From a virus: a DNA stretch of 64,000 bases. The position numbers and the translations under genes are program-made. Shown here in pieces: positions 58,981 to 64,000 of this stretch. Location of the stretch: the IMG/VR virus record IMGVR_UViG_3300027749_000042. One strand, 5' to 3'. The notes below the pieces were generated by a model, which was given only the letters and a program-made list of their open reading frames with translations, did no database searches and was not told where the DNA came from. Position 1 is the stretch's first letter. Each line of letters opens with the position of its first letter.

Positions 58981-59742
58981 ATGGCATTACCCTCACGCGG
59001 CTCGTCGTTAGGACAAATAGTTGCTTATAATGGATATAATTATCAATGGACAGGAGCATCTTGGCTTAACATAGGACAAGCGTCTTCAGCCGTAGGTAAT
59101 ACATCTATAACAGGTGCTGGTGTTTCTGTAGGTACAACTTCTGTCACATCAACAGCAGTTTCGGTTGGTTCAACATCCGTATCTAATACCGGATTATCCG
59201 TAGGTTCAACATCGGTAACAAAAACTGCTGTTACTGTAGGTTCTACCACAGTTTCAAACACAGGCGTTTCGGTAGGATCCACATCGGTAACAAAAACTGC
59301 TGTTACAGTTGGTGCGACTACGGTTTCGAACACAGGTGTTTCAGTTGGTTCTGTATCCGTATCAACAACAGGTGTTTCAGTTGGTGCTGTTGCAGTATCA
59401 ACAACAGGTGTTTCTGTAGGATCTGTTGCGGTATCTACTGGTAGAGTAGCTGTTGGTTCTGTTACGGTTTCCAACACTAGTGTTTCTATCGGTTCTGTAT
59501 CGGTGACATCAGCCGGCGTATCACTAGGTGGATCTAGCACCATTAGCGCCACAACATATACAGGAACTTCAAACAATTCAATCCATTTAGGCGGCATACA
59601 CTCTTCGCTTTATCTATTAGAGTCAGCAGCCGATGCTAAATATAGTGCGGGCGGTGGAGGTTTCGCAGCAGATACGTTTGATTACGGTTCAATAGCGACA
59701 CAGATAGATATCGAACTCAACAGAGATTACGGAACTCTTTAA
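58981..59742 (+). CDS. 12-aa repeat (GVSVGSTSVSNT-type) virion protein
   Basis: About 11 tandem 12-residue repeats; N-terminal Y.W.G..W fibre-like motif. Confidence 0.7.
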   Translation: MALPSRGSSLGQIVAYNGYNYQWTGASWLNIGQASSAVGNTSITGAGVSVGTTSVTSTAVSVGSTSVSNTGLSVGSTSVTKTAVTVGSTTVSNTGVSVGSTSVTKTAVTVGATTVSNTGVSVGSVSVSTTGVSVGAVAVSTTGVSVGSVAVSTGRVAVGSVTVSNTSVSIGSVSVTSAGVSLGGSSTISATTYTGTSNNSIHLGGIHSSLYLLESAADAKYSAGGGGFAADTFDYGSIATQIDIELNRDYGTL

Positions 59743-60854
59743 TGTCAATTCAAGTCAAGTTTAGAAGAGGTACAACAACTCAACACAATTCGTTCACGGG
59801 AGCGGATGGTGAGATTACTGTTGATAGTACAATCAAAACTCTTCGCGTACATGACGGCGCTACTGTTGGTGGAATTCGTCTTGCTAGATATAGTGAAATA
59901 GGCACAGCTACTCAATATCTTCAGGTTGCTAACGCATCGGCATTATACACAACTAAAGCATATGCAGCAGCCAATTCTTATGTTAAATCTACTCTTGCTA
60001 ACACAAACTCATATATCGCAACTAAATTAAACACCACCACATTTAATAGCGCATTAGCAAACACCAATAGCTATATTGTGGCTCGCGCATCGTGGTCAGC
60101 ACTTACCGCGACTAACACAGCAATTCGCACACTCATTAGTGATAGAATTCAAGTGGCCAATGCGGTAGCCACGTATCAAACAAAATCTGTTGAACGTGCT
60201 GCGTTAGCCAATACCAATCTTAGAATTACTCTTGTTAATACAAATTTGCTTAGTACTAACACGTCGATTCGTAGTTATATTGATACTAAAGTAGCCGCTG
60301 TTGTCAACTCGGCTCCTGGCACTTTAGATACACTGCGCGAGCTTGCGAATGCTTTGGGTAATAATGCAAGTTTTGCAACTGCTACTGCTGCTCTTATCGG
60401 CACTAAGATATCTGTTGCGAACGCAGTAGCCACATATCTAACTAAATCTAATCCAATCATAACAGGCACACTGACTGCCAATAGTTCAACAGGAACATCT
60501 GGATATTATCTACGCACTTCTGGTACTGGAATATATTGGTCTCCAGTAGCAACTCAAGCAGCAGCAACCGCAACATCACAGATATTTGCCGGCACAGGTT
60601 CGCAAACTATTTTCACACTTAGTGCTTCAGTATCTCAGCAGAGAAATGTTATTATTACAGTTAATGGCATATTGCAAATTCCTGTGACGCACTATACGAT
60701 TTCTGGTACTACGTTAACATTTACTTCTGCGCCATATTCTGGTGCTGTTATTGAAGCACGAAATATGGAAGGTGTTGTCATTTCTGGCGGTTCGGGCGAA
60801 ACAATATCAAGCGGTGATTTGTTTTTAGGTTCAATGCTATTAGGCGGAATGTAA
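59742..60854 (+). CDS. Fibre protein with Mtd-like N-terminal domain
   Basis: Q..FRRGTT.QH.SFTGA.GE.TVD....L.VHDG.T.GG; C-terminal G.G..T.F.L...V.VNG.LQ.P...Y. Confidence 0.75.
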   Translation: MSIQVKFRRGTTTQHNSFTGADGEITVDSTIKTLRVHDGATVGGIRLARYSEIGTATQYLQVANASALYTTKAYAAANSYVKSTLANTNSYIATKLNTTTFNSALANTNSYIVARASWSALTATNTAIRTLISDRIQVANAVATYQTKSVERAALANTNLRITLVNTNLLSTNTSIRSYIDTKVAAVVNSAPGTLDTLRELANALGNNASFATATAALIGTKISVANAVATYLTKSNPIITGTLTANSSTGTSGYYLRTSGTGIYWSPVATQAAATATSQIFAGTGSQTIFTLSASVSQQRNVIITVNGILQIPVTHYTISGTTLTFTSAPYSGAVIEARNMEGVVISGGSGETISSGDLFLGSMLLGGM

Positions 60855-60863
60855 GAGGAAACA

Positions 60864-61193
60864 ATGGCAACAACATATAAAGTTTTAGGAACAAGCAATC
60901 CAACTGCAACAACAGCAACAGCATTATATACGGTGCCCGCATCAACAAGCACAATTGTTTCTACGATAACTGTTTGCAATCAAGCTGCATCTTCCGCCAC
61001 ATATAGAATTGCAGTAAGACCTTCAGGAGCAACATTAGCTGCTAGTCATTATATTGCGTATGATGCCGCTCTTCCTGCTAACGATTCTATTTGTTTAACT
61101 CTTGGCATAACACTAGCTGCAACTGATGTGATTACAATTTACGCCAGCACAACCACAATATCATTCCTAGCTTTCGGAACAGAGATAACCTAA
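60864..61193 (+). CDS. Small virion protein
   Basis: YKVLG...P.ATT.T.LYTVP...ST..V.N...GITL...D...FG.E; GAGG RBS. Confidence 0.65.
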   Translation: MATTYKVLGTSNPTATTATALYTVPASTSTIVSTITVCNQAASSATYRIAVRPSGATLAASHYIAYDAALPANDSICLTLGITLAATDVITIYASTTTISFLAFGTEIT

Positions 61194-61969
61194 TGACAAT
61201 TAGATTGCTTTCGAAAGGCTCTATATCCTTACGAAAACTAAGCACAAGAAAACTATCTAGTAAGACAGCTTCTACAAAGAAGTTTTCTTCGGCAGCAATA
61301 AACAATTATAGTGGCGCTACCATTTCATATAATTTTACTAGTAGCAATGCAACAGCAGTATTCAATGGCGTAACGATAGCTGGTAACGCTGCTGGTGGAG
61401 GTGGTGTAGGATCAGGCGGCGCAGCTGGAACTTATACTATTACTAACAATAACGAAGCTGGTGGTGGTGTAAATGGCGGTGCTGGTGGTTCAGGAAGCAA
61501 TTCATCAGCGGGTGGTGGAGGTTCAATTGGTGCTGCTAATGGTGTGAATGGTGGAGCTAGTTATGCTGGACCAACAGCACCAAATGATGTGAGTGGATTA
61601 CTCGCGGCTGCGACCGCTGCTGGTGCGTCTGTTTATTTCGCATACGGAGGCGGTGGTGGTGAAACTGGATTTGGTCCTGCTGGTTATTTCGCAGGTGGTG
61701 GTGGAGGTGGTAGAGGATTCTTTTATTATTATCCAGCAGGAGCAGGTGGTAATGCAGGCATATTGATTAAATATATCGTCAATGGTAGCGCGACTTATCA
61801 AACGATTAATCAGTCGGCTGGCACTGGAACAATCACTACAGCGGCCGGGACAACATATGTTAAAATATGGTGCATCGGAAGAGGTGGTGATGGATCTCCA
61901 AATAATATATCAAATCTAATGGGCGGTGGTGGAGGTGGCGGTGGTGTTGCATATTGTGAATTTGCGTAA
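61193..61969 (+). CDS. Glycine-rich virion protein
   Basis: Multiple GGGG tracts; basic N-terminus. Confidence 0.6.
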   Translation: MTIRLLSKGSISLRKLSTRKLSSKTASTKKFSSAAINNYSGATISYNFTSSNATAVFNGVTIAGNAAGGGGVGSGGAAGTYTITNNNEAGGGVNGGAGGSGSNSSAGGGGSIGAANGVNGGASYAGPTAPNDVSGLLAAATAAGASVYFAYGGGGGETGFGPAGYFAGGGGGGRGFFYYYPAGAGGNAGILIKYIVNGSATYQTINQSAGTGTITTAAGTTYVKIWCIGRGGDGSPNNISNLMGGGGGGGGVAYCEFA

Positions 61970-61996
61970 GATAACAATAACTCAATTGGAAGTGTA

Positions 61997-64000
61997 ATGG
62001 CTGAACAGAAAATATTTCCTCAACAAATAACTGTCACCGGATCGACCAATGGTCAGGTGTTGACTGCTAACACAACCAGTAACACGGCTTATTGGGCTCC
62101 AGCAAACTCGTGGTTAACTACGGTCACTTCTAAGAACATAATTCCTGCTGCGGCAAACACATACAGTCTCGGTTCACCAACTCGCAGATTCAAAGATTTG
62201 TTTTTGTCTGGTGCGACAATGTACCTTGGCAACACTACGCTGAGTTCTACGAAAAAAGGTGCACTGACAATTCAAGCGCAAGGTAGCGCAACAGTACAAA
62301 CATTAGTTTCCAATTCATATCTTACTTCTGTGTACATTGCAAACACTACCGCTCGCACCCTTATCAGCGACCGACTTCAAGTAGCAAATGCTGTTGCAAC
62401 ATATCTGACAAAAACTAATCCAGTGGTATCCGGCACATTGAGTGCTAACGGTTCTACAGGCACAGCTGGTTACTATCTTCGCACATCTGGTACAGGCGTT
62501 TACTGGTCACCGGTTGCTGCAAGTTCTAGTGGTGCAACATGGGCTGCTCTTACAGGAACTAATACGGCCCTTCGTACACTTATCAGTGACAGATACCAAG
62601 TTGCAAACGTAAACACGTTACTATTAGCTAAAGCATCTTGGGTTGGTTTAACTGGTACTAACACTGCTATTCGTACATTAGTGTCTGATAGATTGCAGGT
62701 AGCAAACGCTGCGTCTGTTTACCAAACAAAAGCAATTGAACGTGCTGCACTCGCAAACACGAACCTGCGCATCAATCTAATTAACACCAATTTAACCGGC
62801 ACTAACACGGCACTTCGTACATTGGTATCTGATAGGTATCAAGTAGCAAACGTCAACACACTGTTAGCAGCTAAAGCCACATGGACAAGCCTTACAACAA
62901 CCAACACCGCTCTTAGAACTCTTATCAGTGATAGATTGCAGGTTGCAAACGCATCAACGATATATCTAACTAAAAATAATCCAGTAATCACTGGTACACT
63001 AACAGCTAATAGTTCTACCGGTACTGCTGGTTATTATCTTCGTACATCAGGTGCAGGTATCTACTGGAGCCCAGTTGCAGCTGGCGGTGGTGGTACGTTT
63101 ACTGGTGGAACAGTTACTGGCGCAACTACATTTTCAAGCGGAGTAACATTAAGTAGTACACTATCCGCTGCTGGATCTACAGGAACAGCTGGTCAGGTGT
63201 TAGTTTCAGCGGGTAGTAGCGCAAGTTCATATTGGGCAAGTGCAATACCAGTGAGTGCTTATAGTGTTCAACTTGCTGGCGCTCAGTCATTGAACCCGCC
63301 TTCTGGTACTACTTGGCAATTTGCAGGAAATTTTACTATTGAATGTTGGTTATATAGAACTGGTACAGGTGATCAATCTGTTGTTGTTCAAAATTCTGGC
63401 GCAAATTATTTTGCATTTAACGTGAATGCAGGAACTGGATTTAATATTTACTTAAATGCTGCATCTGTATCTTTTGCACCAACAGATATTGTTCCTCTAA
63501 CTAATCGTTGGAATCATATTGCATTAGTTCGTAATGGTTCAACCGTTAGTGTTTATTTGAATGGGGTTGCTTCTGCAACTACATCTACTAACAGTTCAAC
63601 AATTGGTTATAATTTACCTTTTTATATTGGTTGTTTAGGAACACAAGCTACAGGCGGAACAATTGGATTTATTTCCAACCTAAGAGTATCTACAGCCGCA
63701 GTATACACAGGCACATTTACTCCACCAACAAGTCCATTAGGAACAGCACAAGCAGCAGGAACTAACATATCGGCGTTGACTCCTTCGCAGGTTAGTTTAT
63801 TAACTTGCAATGGTCCAGGATTTACAGACTCGTCACCAAATGCATTTGTTATAACTAATAATGGTAATGTCGTAGCAACTCAATTTGCTCCATTCTCATC
63901 ATTCTCTGCAATAGCAAGATCAGCAACACAAACACAAACAATATTAACATCTGGTTCTGGAACATATTATACTCCATCGGGTGTTGCTTGGTTACGTGTC
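61997..64000 (+). CDS. Fibre protein with SDR(L/Y)QVAN repeats and a LamG/ConA-like domain; runs off the window end
   Basis: Open frame from ATG 61997 (MAEQKIFPQQ...); FTIECW, WNHIALVR.G...YLNG, G.ISNLRV LamG motifs. Confidence 0.8.
   Translation, partial: MAEQKIFPQQITVTGSTNGQVLTANTTSNTAYWAPANSWLTTVTSKNIIPAAANTYSLGSPTRRFKDLFLSGATMYLGNTTLSSTKKGALTIQAQGSATVQTLVSNSYLTSVYIANTTARTLISDRLQVANAVATYLTKTNPVVSGTLSANGSTGTAGYYLRTSGTGVYWSPVAASSSGATWAALTGTNTALRTLISDRYQVANVNTLLLAKASWVGLTGTNTAIRTLVSDRLQVANAASVYQTKAIERAALANTNLRINLINTNLTGTNTALRTLVSDRYQVANVNTLLAAKATWTSLTTTNTALRTLISDRLQVANASTIYLTKNNPVITGTLTANSSTGTAGYYLRTSGAGIYWSPVAAGGGGTFTGGTVTGATTFSSGVTLSSTLSAAGSTGTAGQVLVSAGSSASSYWASAIPVSAYSVQLAGAQSLNPPSGTTWQFAGNFTIECWLYRTGTGDQSVVVQNSGANYFAFNVNAGTGFNIYLNAASVSFAPTDIVPLTNRWNHIALVRNGSTVSVYLNGVASATTSTNSSTIGYNLPFYIGCLGTQATGGTIGFISNLRVSTAAVYTGTFTPPTSPLGTAQAAGTNISALTPSQVSLLTCNGPGFTDSSPNAFVITNNGNVVATQFAPFSSFSAIARSATQTQTILTSGSGTYYTPSGVAWLRV

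Noticed and set aside
59742-60854. Diversity-generating retroelement suggested by the Mtd-like N-terminal domain
   Set aside because: No reverse transcriptase and no TR/VR pair differing only at adenines seen; this domain is a common fibre-attachment module
1-64000. Stop-codon reassignment
   Set aside because: Core genes are full length under the standard bacterial code and no suppressor tRNA is present

Overview
A 64-kb slice of a large T4-like myovirus genome (gene order resembling T4-like cyano/pelagiphages). Host is probably an alphaproteobacterium, inferred from the tmRNA type. Left end (1-9 kb): PhoH, PD-(D/E)xK exonuclease, a circularly permuted two-piece tmRNA (tag ANDNTPISYALAA), tRNA-Gln(UUG), KdsA, a cupin-DUF1289 fusion, gp33, a nucleotidyltransferase-like gene, gp59 and gp32. 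9-38 kb: tail/baseplate module with tape-measure-like and dual peptidoglycan-hydrolase proteins, gp51/gp26 joined by a candidate -1 slippery site, gp54, gp2, gp4, gp48, gp53, gp27-like, a split gp5, gp25, gp6, gp7, gp8 and a 2174-aa virion protein. 38-48 kb: fibre/Gly-rich adhesin genes followed by an unusual accessory cassette of three PP-loop ATP pyrophosphatases, a sterol desaturase/fatty-acid hydroxylase, two Bug/TctC-like secreted binding proteins with degenerate pincer motifs and two 2OG-Fe(II) oxygenases. 48-57 kb: gp13-gp20 core. 57-64 kb: collagen-like and repeat-rich fibre genes. Best candidates for new biology are the PP-loop/TctC/oxygenase cassette, the phage permuted tmRNA, the gp26-gp51 frameshift and a perfect antisense sigma70 promoter between gp5 and gp25. 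All calls come from motif recognition by eye; no searches were run.
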